Positions 39,579 to 53,100 of a stretch of DNA of 64,000 bases are shown one piece after another. Position numbers and translations under genes: made by a program. The notes under the pieces were generated by a model that saw nothing but the letters and a program-made list of their open reading frames with translations, did not search any database and was not told the DNA's origin. The stretch spans positions 86,428,001 to 86,492,000 of the forward strand of contig NC_042998.1 in assembly GCF_006345805.1 (NCBI RefSeq). The letters are read 5' to 3'. The first letter of the stretch is position 1, and the number at the start of each line of letters is the position of its first letter. The stretch is from Octopus sinensis (Eukaryota).

Positions 39579-42500
39579 CACACACACAACAAATAAGTAA
39601 CAAGGATGTCCCGGTATTAATGCATTTAATTGATCAATGCAAGCATTACATCAACTTGAAATAAACTGCTTTCCTTGGAAGCATAAGACCATGTAGGTTT
39701 TCAACATACAGGATACTCCATTATAATTTTTTATCAAATTTTTCATCAGAACTAGAGAATAAAAGAATTACATAGCTTATTGCTATTATTGTAGCAGAAT
39801 GAACTTTAGGAGAAAATAGCTAAAGCCGACTATAATTTAGAGTGGCAGAAGAAAATATCGATGGGGGTGAAGAAAGTGTAATGGTGATTCATCTTTATCC
39901 TTATCACAATCAAAAGATCCATTGCAGCAAGTATTCTACATCTCCTTTGGGAATTGACAGTTAAGTTATTGCTGCTGGTGATAAATTAATTAATGTCAGA
40001 TACTCTTCCATACCCCTATTTATTGTGACTATAAATTCACCATGTCTACATATAAGAACATCAGCACTATGTCTAGATATAAGACCGTCAGCACAGTTGC
40101 TAGCTCTGCAACATCAGCTTGAGCCACATTTCTCCATGAGGCCCAATGCTCAAAAGGTGGTTTTCTATATATGTGTGTATGTGTACACAGACATACACAC
40201 ACTTTCTCACATATATATTATTTCTTTTTTCTTTTCTAAAGTGGCTGTAAATCATGAGGCAGATGGGTTTTTGGGAATTCTCTTTTGTAATTATTATGTA
40301 TTATTTTTGTAAAAGTGGTTGGTTTGAAGAGTAATTTCTTGTTGATTTCTCTTTCACTATAGGCAACTGATGCTGATAAAGAGAATTCAGGTAATTCTCA
40401 AGTAAAATATTCAATAGTAAATGCTAGTCAAGGCCCTTCAAACAGTTTTTCCATAAATGCACAAAATGGAATTATTACTCCATCAAATATAGATTATGAA
40501 AGCCTGACTGATAATGTCATCCAGTTAGTAGTCAAAGCTGAAGATAATGGTATACCAGTCAAGGAAGATACTGCCGTTGTTAATATCACTGTATTGGTGA
40601 GTACTAAAAATCTAATATTTCTAACATTTTGACATTGTAAAAATATTGAATTAAGAGGGTAAAGTCGTTAATTATATTAAATCAAGATTGAATCGTGTAC
40701 TTTATTCTTGTTCAAAGTGGAGCTAAATTTGTGTAGCTGTTGACAACCTTGGAATGACATATAGATTAGTTTGGAGTGATATCTTAAAAATCAAAGAAGT
40801 TATTTTAAAAAGAAATCCAATATTGTATCTCATGATATCTTTTGCCATAGATAAGACAAGTGAATAGTTTTGTAACATATAAAAGAGTATTTTTTATTTA
40901 GCCTTAAGTTTCAGAATTTGTTGAGGAATCAATCTTTAGTTACCTTTCTAACTTCTCAAGCATAAAATACATGGCATTATTTTCTATCATTTGCTAAAAT
41001 TTATATTCTGATCTTTAAGATCAATCAAGTCTGTTCATTAGTATGCTGGTCCAAATTGTCATCATTAATTTGTTTTATAAGAGATTTTCTTTTACTTAGT
41101 GGGCAAGAAAAGGATCGTTTTTATGTACCATCTTCATGCCAGTTATTGTATCCATGTTAACTGAGTATTGTTATAATTTCAAACAAAATGCCTTCTGTTC
41201 AACTACAGATCTGTAGCTTTGGTTATAATGCAAAATTATCCTTTCTGCTAACCTGTAGAAACATAAATCATGTTATATTTGTTAACTTCTATATGGAGGG
41301 AAGTTCTTTTTTTTGCATGATTAATTTGTGAATGAAATAAAAGACATTATGTTAGGTTGAAGAGTTTATAATATTTATTATTTCTTGGTAAATGCTTATT
41401 AATTAGCATCAGAAATAGCATGAAGGTCAGCTGCACATGTTTAGATTAATATCACCCAAACATTGTATGCCACAGTAGGAAGAGACACATATCTATATAG
41501 CCTTCTACCTACACTCCTACCTGTAACTTTCAAAATCCTACCAGTTGCCCACTTGAAGGATCCTGTCTCTCTATAAAGTCCCCCTTACACTATCCAGTGG
41601 TATCACAAGACACTGTATGGACACGACTTTAAGAGGATTATACACAGCACATGAAATCCTTCAAGTGCAGGGATAGAGAAAACTATCCCTGTCTGGCTTC
41701 ATCTGGAGATTCTGTGACCATCAAAATAACCTCCTCAATATCGAATGAAGTATTTTTGACTGTATCTCTTCCTATACACCTGGAGTTTGCAATTACCAAC
41801 TCTATGAGAAACTATACATGCTCCAGCAACCCATAGTATCCATCTATAAGAATTAACTCTCTTATTGTATGCCCAGCTAATGAATTTGAAGTTGCCGGCC
41901 ACTTAGAATACAAATACCTATCTAGGTTTTGCTGACCTATACACACAAGGGCAGGATATTTAAGCCCTGCCACCTGTATAGACTACTGCCTACTATATTG
42001 GTCACAACATTAATGTAGAACTACTGCTAATGTGTTCGAACTCCACTGAATGATGACAGGACTTGCGCTAACATCTTACTCCGCAACATGCAATACCCAA
42101 TTCACAGAACTGATGTCACTGAATGTACCATCCCACAGCCCATTATCAAAGTGACACTAGCAGCTTGCCAACATCATATCCAAACACATGGAACTAAAAA
42201 TTAAAAAAAAAATAACTGGTGTCAATTTGATAGCATTAATAACATGTGATACTAGCTGACTAATAATAATCTAAACATGTAGAAGCCATCTTGAATTTCT
42301 TTCAAACCCACCACTCTACCTCTTATTGTTGAGAGAATGTATCCCCCTATCCATGAAACTCATGTGGAAATGAGTCAAACTATTATGAAGTATATGTGAT
42401 TCCAAACAAATGTGCTGGGTGCTACTTTCTATCATTTACTTTCTTGCTATACATACATACATACATTGTCATTCATGTTAAGGAAGTCTGAAGGATATCT

Positions 42501-44128
42501 CATTGGTTCACAAGGAAATAGAAATACCAAAATTACACACTGTTTCTTTGTGGATAACTTAAAGCCTTATGCAAAGAATATGCACGAGATGAAAAAGAGC
42601 CTTGATCTAGTTATAACATTCTCAAAGGATGTAAAGTTGGAGTTTGGTCAGGATAAATGTTATATGGTTGTTAAAAGGGGAGAAGCTATAAACCACTAAC
42701 ATCTCCATCAATGATTTGAGTGTTTCCCCTGTATCTGACGAGGAACGTTACAGGTATCTAGGGATGGATGAAAATATATCTTAGAATGGCACCTGTAACA
42801 AAATGTGTGTCACTAAAGAACATTACAGTTGAATAAAGAAGATTTGAACCTCAGAACTCTCTGCATTCAATAAAGCAGTAGCCACAATATGTTTGCAACA
42901 TTTGGGCTGCTTGATTGGATGCTTGATGAGATTTGAGCCATTGTGAAAACCTGAAAAATACTAACTAGCACACATAATTTCTATATAAACAGTGTCATAG
43001 ACCCCCACCTCTACTTAAAATGTAAACAAGGCAGCAGAGACTTAACATTGATCCAAAATGCCTTTGAATGTCACATCATATCCCTTTGGTAACATCTTTT
43101 GACCACCAAACGTCGAAGTGCATCCCTTGACCAATTTTGCATACATGAGGCTGATAACATCATAAGATTTGGAAGGAAGCTCCTTTAGCAACACTCTTTG
43201 TCTGGCAACCTTGAATATGACCCTACCACATCATATCACCATATGAAAGAATGAGCAGAAGACTATGCATGGATATGTTTGTAGAAAACTCCATGATGAT
43301 AGTAACATCGATCATCAAGCAGTTTATCATGGATAATAGCCAGATTACTACCTCCCACTTTGAAGGGTATGTGTTTGCAATCCAGGAACAGGAAATATCA
43401 ACCAAGTACTTGATGCACAAATGGGATAGAGATGCAGAAAAAGCCATAAAATGTGACAACTGATGCAGACTTTGTGGAGTCCGCACTGAAGATATCACCG
43501 ACATCATAAGCAGTTGTCCAAAAATGTCATCACCATATTATTTACTGATGAAACATGAGGTTTTAGCTAGGGCACTCTATAATGAAATCTGTTGGAAAGA
43601 TAATTCCGAGGACAAAGAAATGAGAACCCACAGTATGGTAGAAACCATAGCCACTCATAATGAAAAGGAATACTGTTGGAATGTACTAGTGTAGACCTCA
43701 ATAAAATGCATGCACAACAGACCTGAGATAATGATTTGGGATAGAGAAGAGAAACTGTGCACAGCTGTGGAAATTAGCTGCCCAGCAGTTTTTAACATAA
43801 AGCTGAAGATCAGTGAAAAAGAAAACATGTATGCTAAACTATTGAGAAATCTGCATTTACTCTATCCAGATTACAAGTTCAGGTTTATACCTGTAATTAT
43901 TGGGACCCTGGGATATGTAACACACTGCCTAAATACCAATCTTGAGAAATTAGGCTTCTCAAAACCAGAAAGGAGAAAGCTAATTTGAAGACTACAGATC
44001 GAATCCATGACTAGAACTGTAAATATCTGTAAAACTTACCAGAAGTTTATCATTTAAATATATATGAGCATGTCTAGATATGTAACTATATGTTTGAGGA
44101 TACATACATAAAACATACAAATCTGCAC

Positions 44129-44159
<31 letters not shown>

Positions 44160-47100
44160 CATACATACAAACAAAAATACCTTGTTGTTGATGCTGAAAT
44201 TCCAATGAAGGAACCTTGGATCTAGGTTAGAAACTGGTTCTTTCTCTATTGGCAAGAAATCTTGAAATAGACTAAATAATGACATCCATAAATGCATACA
44301 TACATGATGATGACCGAGGAAGACCATTGCTGACCTTCAGGAACATTGTGTGCTCTAGGACTAACTTATATTTTGCATTTGTGGCTCCGTTAATGGCTAA
44401 TGAGCCCTGCTCTTGTCAAACATACATGACTGCAAATATTGCAGACCAAGCCTTCCCCATTCACTACACCAGTAGTGCACTTTTGAGCAGCACACTTAAT
44501 TTCTTCATCCAGAATACGTTCTCTCTCAAAAGTGTTGATCCCTTCCTCAACCTGCTTCCTCCATCTGTGGCAATGACAGGCATCGTTCTCCCAGTCAGTC
44601 TCTTGCATATCACAGGCCTTTTATGAGGATTTGATACAGTCCTTAAATCGCAGCCTCTGTTCATTCATAAGTTTCCCATTTAGCATCTGCTTAGGGATCC
44701 TGCTATTCTTCATTCTAATAAGGTATCTAGTCCAACATAACTGGTGCCTGTGCACCATTGCCTCAATACTCAAGATATCAGCTGTCCTCAGGACCTGTGT
44801 GTCTGGAGTTTTTATGATCCAGCTAACATTCAGAATGTGTCTGAGACATCTCTGATGAAAGCATTCAAAGACTCTTACATGACGTTTGTAAAGGGTCCAT
44901 GTCTCAAATGAGTAAAGGATCAATATCAGTACACATTAACGGTACACAGCAATTTTTGTTTGCTTTGTGATGCCATGCTGGGACCAGAAACAAGACTTAA
45001 GAGACCAGAAGGAGTCAGTTGCTCTCTGCAGCTTGAAAGATATTTCATCATCCAAGAAGCAAGAATGGTTGAGTGTGCTGCCCAGGTAGACAAACTTGTC
45101 TACTTCTTCCAAAATTGTTCCTTCAATCAAGATAGCTGGTTCCACATATGGATTTCATGGTACATGCTGGCACATAACAACAGTCTTGTCCAGGCTAATG
45201 CTGAGTCCAAATGCCTTGCAAGAAGCAGAAATACAATTCATAAGTATTTGTATGCCATTCACTATATGAGTGACTAAGTCACAGTCATCTGCATAAAGGA
45301 GGTCACGAATAAGATACTCGGAAACTTTTGAATTGGCAGAAAATTGACACAGATTAAAGAGGTGGCAGAAGATTGATATCTGACATATATTCCCAGAGAG
45401 CTAACCTTAGCAAGAGCATGAGTAAAAGCAGCAGCAAAATACAAAGAAAAGAGAGTTGGGGCAAGGATTTCACCCTGCTTGACACCATTCTTTATTGGAA
45501 AGGGTCCTGCCATGCCACCTCCAACATTGACCCAAGCCTCCATTCCATAATGAAATGATTTAATTATAGATACAAAGTGATCCAGACATCTAAGTTTGCC
45601 AAGTATTTTCCATAGAAAGGCCCTATTTACAGTATCAAAGGCCTTTGATAAATCAATGAATACCTGGACAAGATCCATATTCTGCTCATAGCACTTCTGC
45701 ATCTGTCTTGCTGTAAAAATCATATCCATTGTCCTTCTACAAGATCGGAAGCCACATTGAGATTCAGATAGGACATAATTTATGAGACACTCATTCATGC
45801 GGGTAAGAAGAATATTTGCCAGAAAATTGCCAGCAACTGATAGTAGAGCAATACCTCTGTAGTTACCTCACATTGTTCTGGCTCCTTTTCCTTTATAGAG
45901 AGGAAGAATAATTGCATCCTTACAGTCCTTAGATATTGTACCATCCCTCCAGACTGCACTAATAAGTTCATGAAGGGACTGTATGATGTAATCACCACCA
46001 AATCGCAAGACCTCAGCACAAATTCCACCCTTGTCAGGTGCCCTATCAAGATTCAATTTACTTATTGATGTCATTACTTCAACTATTGAGGGCGTGGAAT
46101 TTAAGGAGCCAATGATAGGTCTTTGTTGCATAGTATCAATCACCGTTTCATCCACAACTGACTCATGGTTTAGGAGTTCAGAGAAGTGTTTGATCCCGTG
46201 ACTGGTGATTTCTGTTGATTTAGTAAATAGAGTGGAAGACTCCTTAGAAAGCAAAGGAGCTGATGTAGAGCTCTAAGGCCCATAAACTTGCTTCATAAGA
46301 GGGTAAAGCTTCTTACTGTCATTTGCATCAGCCTGAACATCACTAGCAAGATCCTCCTACTAAATTTTCTGCATCTTCCTGAGAGATTGCTGCAGTAGTG
46401 ATTTTACACTGCTGAAGTGGGCAAGTGCTAGATTTTGCTGCACAGAGGACGGTCCTCTGTGTAGCAATACATTGTGGACATGGCACTTCAGCATCATTTT
46501 CATCAAACCAGTCTCTGTGTCTGGCAGTAGTATATCTCAGTGTTTTAGCAGCACTGCAGTATTTTCTATTTTCAATGCTGGACAAGTGAATCTGAAGCTC
46601 TTTCCTCAACACAACATCATATATCTTGTGGACATTCAGACACCGAAGAATGCTGACGGACCCTCTTCTTTTTCACTCTAATCATCATCTGGAACTTTGC
46701 TTGCACCAGACTGTGGTCTGTCCAGCATTTCGATACATGAAAGGACTTGACATTACAACTGTTATAGATGTCACACTTGTGGATGATGACATAATCCAGC
46801 AAGTACCAAACTTTAGACATTGGATGCATCCACGTTGTTGTGTGATCAACTTTGTGCATAATGAGTGCTTGCGATGTGAAGTCCATGTTCATCACAGAGC
46901 TCCAGCTGCATGAAACCATTGCTATTCATTTTTCCTACTCCAAAATGTCTTAGAGAGTTCCATGTTTACCAGTCTGTTCCAACCCTGGCATTGAAATTCC
47001 CCAGTAGAATGATTTATATACATGCATGCATGCATGTATATGCAGACAAACATGCATAAATGTATATTTATATGTTATAGCATATTAATAATGTGGGTGT

Positions 47101-50100
47101 ATGTATGTGTATGTACACGTATGTGTGTGCATATATATCATCATCATCATCACCATCGTCATGGAAAATGGATGTTAGATGATGATGATGTTATACACAT
47201 ATATACAAACATGTACATACATACACACATATTAGTATTGTGTAATTTAAAAAATATTCTATTAGATATTTATTGTATCTAAATAACCAAGTTGTAGATG
47301 TATAATCAAAACTTTGAAGCTTGAGAATATATATTAATATTACAAAATAATAAAGCAGTGAACTGGTTGAATTGTTAGAGGACTGAAAAACAATTATGCT
47401 ATGTGATGTATCTTCTAGCTCTTTATTTTCTGTGTTCAAATCTTACCAAATCAACTTTGCTGTTTATCCTTTCAGATTAATCAAATAAAGTACCAATCAA
47501 TACTTTGGTACCAACTAGCTTCCTTCACTTAAAACTTCTGGCCTTGTGCCTAAATTAGAAACTACTGTTATTATGAAATAATGATAAAGTAACAGTGAAT
47601 GTGACAGTGTGTGAGTGTTTGGTACTTATTACCTGTGCCTTAGCGAAAGTGGAGGTATTGTTTTTAGTCATGTTAGTTTGTCTGTGGACAAAATATCTTA
47701 AGAACCGCTGGATAAATTTGGATGAAACTTTCAGGGATGTTTTACCTTGTGACTAGAATGAACTGATTAGATTTTGAGATTGATCCAGTACTGGACAAGG
47801 ATTCTGGATAATTTTTCTGATTATTTTTACTTAATTTTTGGGCAGGGTTGGGTTCATTTTTAGTATTCTCATTTATTTTACAATTGAATTTTTAAAACTT
47901 ACCTCCAACTTTTATGTTATGCTATATTTTTGGAAAAAATGAATACCATTTTCAAACTTTTTAAGCTTTGAACATGAGAGATTCAAAATCTATAAGAAAC
48001 AAATTTTTTCTTAATCAGAAACAGATAACTGTTTGGTTATTTACACCAACAATATATTGAATGTGTGTCAATATATTTCATTTGCATTGAAAATATATAC
48101 ATAGTTTTTGTTTGTATTTGAAAGTAACAGTTATTTTACTTTCTGAAAATTGAAGATGCTGTTATTTCAATTTTAATGTATTAGGAATGGAAATATAATT
48201 ATAAATATATTTGAAATACAGATAAAATATATTTATTCACCAAAAAATGTATTGTGACTGTAAATCCCTTAACCTCAAAGAATTTCTGTTAAAAAAAAAT
48301 TAACTGAAAATTTTTTTTTATAAAATGCTTTTTTTTGGTAGATTCTAAATCTCTGATGTTCAAAACATAAAAATTTGAAAATCATTTAAAGAAAAAATAT
48401 AGCATAATAAAGGAAGTGGTTAACAAAAGTCATAGTAAAAAGAATGGGAGAGTGTTATTACTGGTTACAATGACTTTGTAATGATGGACTTGCTTTGGTT
48501 ACAATCCACTATCTCAGATTAAATCACTTAACAAATAGATAGAACTCAAGAATTAATTTTTCTACAAATGAGTTTCATTTATTTAAGATTTTATGATTAA
48601 TAGTTTATTGTCGGCCTATTTACTTAAATTGTGTATTTGTTAATAGTACATCAGATCTTTGGATAATCAGGAAACTAAAGACTTGCACTTGGGGAATTAC
48701 AACCGTGTTTCATGGTCTGCTACCACAACAGCTCCTTTATAGGATCCAGTTACTACTCCTCTACCGTTTTGACGTGGTGGGGTCCCCCCTTTCGGAGGTG
48801 TCTTCAGCTCTGGCGTTGGGTGCATGTCTTCTTTCTTCTGTTCCCTGGCCTCTTCGATGTATTGTCAGCGAGTGTCAGCCGGTGACTGACTGTCTTGTCA
48901 AATTTCTCCCTTTAAATATCTGCCGCATAGGCTCCAGCAGGCAACCCCAGCAAGTTGTCACGTGACACTGTCTCACCTTAACTGACTAGTGAAGGCGCGT
49001 AGTTTTAGCCCGCGCTTTTTCTAAACGACCATCACCTGTCAGTCAGCTGATTCAGTCAGCTTGTCTCACCTAATGATGTTATTTCCCGTCGGCATGTTTA
49101 TGACTTTCAAGCCATTTTCGGTCTTCCCGCTTCAGCCATATATAGAAGCTGGCTTTTTCGACCGCCTCCTGTACTCTCCTTATTAGTTTACACAGCTCGG
49201 GGCTAGAAAAAACAAATCTTCTTTTGTAAAGCATTGTCATTTTCTTTTCAATGAAGCCTCTAGCCCCCACTGCCAGGTGATAATATTCGACATTCCATCC
49301 CTGTTCTCTGCATTCTTCGATTAGCTTTTCATACCTCTTCTCCTTTCATTCCTCTGCATTGCCGATGTTCTCTTCCCAAGGTACTGTCAGTTCTAGTAAA
49401 ATTCCCATTCTCCGGTCTCTGTTCCATAGAACTAAATCCGGTCCTTTTGTTGTTTTTATTAGTGGAAATACTACTTGTCTTTCCAAGTCCGTGGCCACCT
49501 CCCAGTATCCCTTCCATCTTTCGTCTATCTCGTATACTTTACTTGTAGGCCTGGTTTTATAACCTTTTCTCTCCTTGTGGAAGTATACTTTCCTGTGCTT
49601 TTCTACTTTTGGGTACTCTCCCCTATTGTACCTCTCGATCTTCTCCTTGAGTGCTGCGCTTATGACACCAAGGACTTGATTATGCCGCCATGTATATCTT
49701 TCAAGTGCTAGTCTGCAACTTGACAGAACATGTCTAACCGTCGCTTTCTCTCTGCATCGACACTCATCGGTTTTGTTTATGTTCCACCGGACTAAGTTCG
49801 CCGGTGAGGGTTGAACGTCGAAGGTAGACTTGATCAGGAAGGATGTTCTTGCTTGTTCCCAAACCCAAAGTTCCTTCCATAATATTCTGCGGTTGATCAC
49901 ATATTCCTCCCATCTCAGGCACTGTCCCTGTTGACTGCATTGCACCAAATGTACATTTTGCCTTTCTTCTTCCTCCTTTCTCACTTCGTATACCACTGCC
50001 TCTTTCATCTCTTTTACACTGCTCTTACAAAATGGCCTGAAATTTTGCGACCCTAGGCCGGTTCTAGCTCTTGCATCGCTCCGACTATATCTGCGTACTT

Positions 50101-53100
50101 TAGTTTTCCGATCGCCCTGTTTACTGCCTCTTCAGCCTTCCATTTCCTCCCTGTTCGTACCTTTGGAGGGTTTTCCCGGATGCTCTGATCTTTTGAATAC
50201 CTTAGCATCATTACTGTCCTTGCCTTCCCTGCCTTATATTCTTCGGCGATTGATGTTATTGGTAGTTGCAGCACGGGTTTTCCATATAGTGCAGTTGTAT
50301 TCAGTGGTTTCGGCAGACCAAGCCATTTTCTGATAAACACACTGCATCTTTGCTCCATCCCTTCTACTCTACTCGAGGCTATTTCGTACATTTGCAATGG
50401 CCACATTATTCTTGGGTACAGCCCAAATTGCAGTATCCAACATTTGAATTTTCCTGGCAGCGTTGTTCTGTCAATTGCCTTTAATCCTTGTTCTACTAAC
50501 TCGTGTGTTTCTTTCCCTTGCTTCTTATCATTTAATAAGTCTCTATACCATCTGCCGAGACTCTTTACTGGTTGTTCTTTCACCTTTGGTATGTCTTCCC
50601 TTCCTATCCTGAATTTCACTTCTTCTTGCCTTCCTTTCACGAAAGCCATGCTTCGAGATTTTTTGGCTTTGAATTTCATCCTTGCCCATCCTATCAGTTC
50701 GTCCAACTGCTCTAACGTTCCCTCTGCTGCTTCTCTACTTTCCGATAATATAGTTACGTCGTCCATAAAAGCCCTTAATGGTGTCTTTGTAACAGCTTTC
50801 TCACAGTTTGTAGATCTGAGTAGCATTTCTATGACTAGCACGAATAAGATGACTGATATCGTGCATCCGGCTGCAATACCTATTTCAAGCTGTTGCCACT
50901 CCGTTGTGAACTTTCCTGCTGTAAATCTCATCCTCAGGTTGTCGTAGTACGACATGAGCATTCGTTGAACATCTTTTGGAATCTGAAAGAAGTCCATCGC
51001 TGTTTTTATTATTGCGTGCGGAACAGATCCATAAGCATTGGCAAGATCTAGCCAAACAATATATAGGTTTTTCTTCATTTGTTTTGCACAGGTGATGGCT
51101 TCCCAGATGGAAAATGCATGTTCTATGCACCCAGGGATTCTGGGGATTCCTGCTTTTTGAATCACTTCATTAACGTATCCGTTATGCTGTATGAATCTTA
51201 TGATTCGTCTAGCAATTATTCCGAACATGATTTTCCCGTCTGTATTTAGTAGTGAAATTGGTCTAAATTGGCCTAGTGTTTTTACCTCTTTTTCTTTAGG
51301 TAGATAGATACCTTCGGCTATACACCATTGCTCTGCTACATCTTTCTTCTTCCACATTTCTCTTATCAGTGCAAACAGCTGTAATCGTAATTTTGGGCAA
51401 TATTTGTATACCTTGTAGCTCACTCCATCGTTACCTGGTGCACTTTTTGCTCTTGCTTTCCTTATGAACTCATCCATTTCTTTCCGTTTGATGTCACTCA
51501 AATCAAATGGTACTCTTTGTTCAGGTGGTTTCTTCAGTCCGTGCATTTCTGGGAGTACTTCATTTCTGTCAGAGTCGCTGTATGTCTCTTTCAGATGTTG
51601 TTTGAGCTCTTCTTTTGTGCAATCCAATTTTCCGCTTTTACTTTCAGTAAATAGATGTTTCGCATATTGATAGGGATTGTTCACAAAGCTACAATAGTTT
51701 TTTTTCTCTCTCCTTTCTTCTGCTCCTCCTTCTTTGTTTGCTTTTTTTTTATCTCTTCATATAGCTGCTTTAGCCCTTCCCTTTCCTCCTCCTTTGCATC
51801 CCTCCATCTGGTTCTGAGTTTTTTCTTCTCTTCTCAAATCTTTGCGATCCGTCTTTCTCTCCTCGATGGTCCGCTCTTTGCTGTTGATTCTACCTTCCCT
51901 GTTGTTTCCAGTCCAAATCTTTTCTCTCCTTCCTGGTAGATTGTATTAGCCAGGTTTTCGAGCTTTTGTTTGTCGTCGCCTTTGAATTTGGTGGTCATTC
52001 TTGCTACCTCGTTGTCAAATTTTTTATAACTCGCCGCATCATTTGCTTTCAGCCACTTAACCGTTGTCATCTTCATGCCTATCAGTCTTTTTGACTGTTC
52101 CAATTCAACTGTAGAATGAACCTCGCTATGGTTATTTTCCGGGGCGTTCTGGCCACACGTCTTATGGTTTATCAACCCTCGTTGTTGAATTACTTTATTC
52201 TGGCACACCTTCCCTTGGTGGATTCTCAGCCCAATATAACTATAAAACTTGTAATTATAAAACTTTATATATATTTCTTAGGACTTGTATTGCATATTAA
52301 TATTGTTGTTTTTAATCTGAGATACAAGGCCAGCAATTTTTGAGGAATGGGGTTAATTGATTACGTTGATGCCAGTATTTGAGTGGTACTTTATTTTATT
52401 CATCTCAGAATAATAGGCAAAGTTAACTTCAATAGGATTTAAACTAAGAATGTAAAGGGCTGGTACAGATATCACATGGTACTTTTTCCAGTGCTATGAT
52501 CTTGTATATAATAGATCATAATGAATATTATAGTGCTATCAGGTTGTTTTCTGTATAATATATACGGCAATTGAGCTGTGAATATATTTTAAAACATGTC
52601 ATTTCAAAGACAGGTGCACAACAAAATTATGTTATATACACAAAATTATATATTTTCATATTATGTCATTCCTAGTATAATATTCCTTTAAAGAAATGCT
52701 CCTAGATAATTTATATCTGATGCATTGACATGAAGATTGAAACTGTTGCACAGTCAAGGTATAAAATGTGCCAATGGTATGTTTGTTGTTTTCATAATGT
52801 AAGATATTGTTATTGCTGAATGCTTTTCTTCCTCTTAACAAATCTTTGCTTACTTTTCTAACTGTGTTTTTTACCTGTAAACTGTTCTGTAGGATGTAAA
52901 TGACAATGGGCCTCAGTTCCAAGAAAGTTCTTATAATATATCAATAAAAGAAAATTTAACTGAAGGTTTGTTTATATTTATTAATTATATTTTCATTGTT
53001 TTTAATTTTTACACTATTAATTTTTAAATGGTGTTTCCTTCTGGAAAGGAGGAATATAGTGAGCAGGAGTGATACTAGTTTATTGCATGGTCTATTTTAT

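Noticed and set aside
44202-44240. Hammerhead-like reading of ccaatgaagg...gaaactggtt
   Set aside because: No CUGANGA box and no stem I; better explained as a simple 3' UTR hairpin
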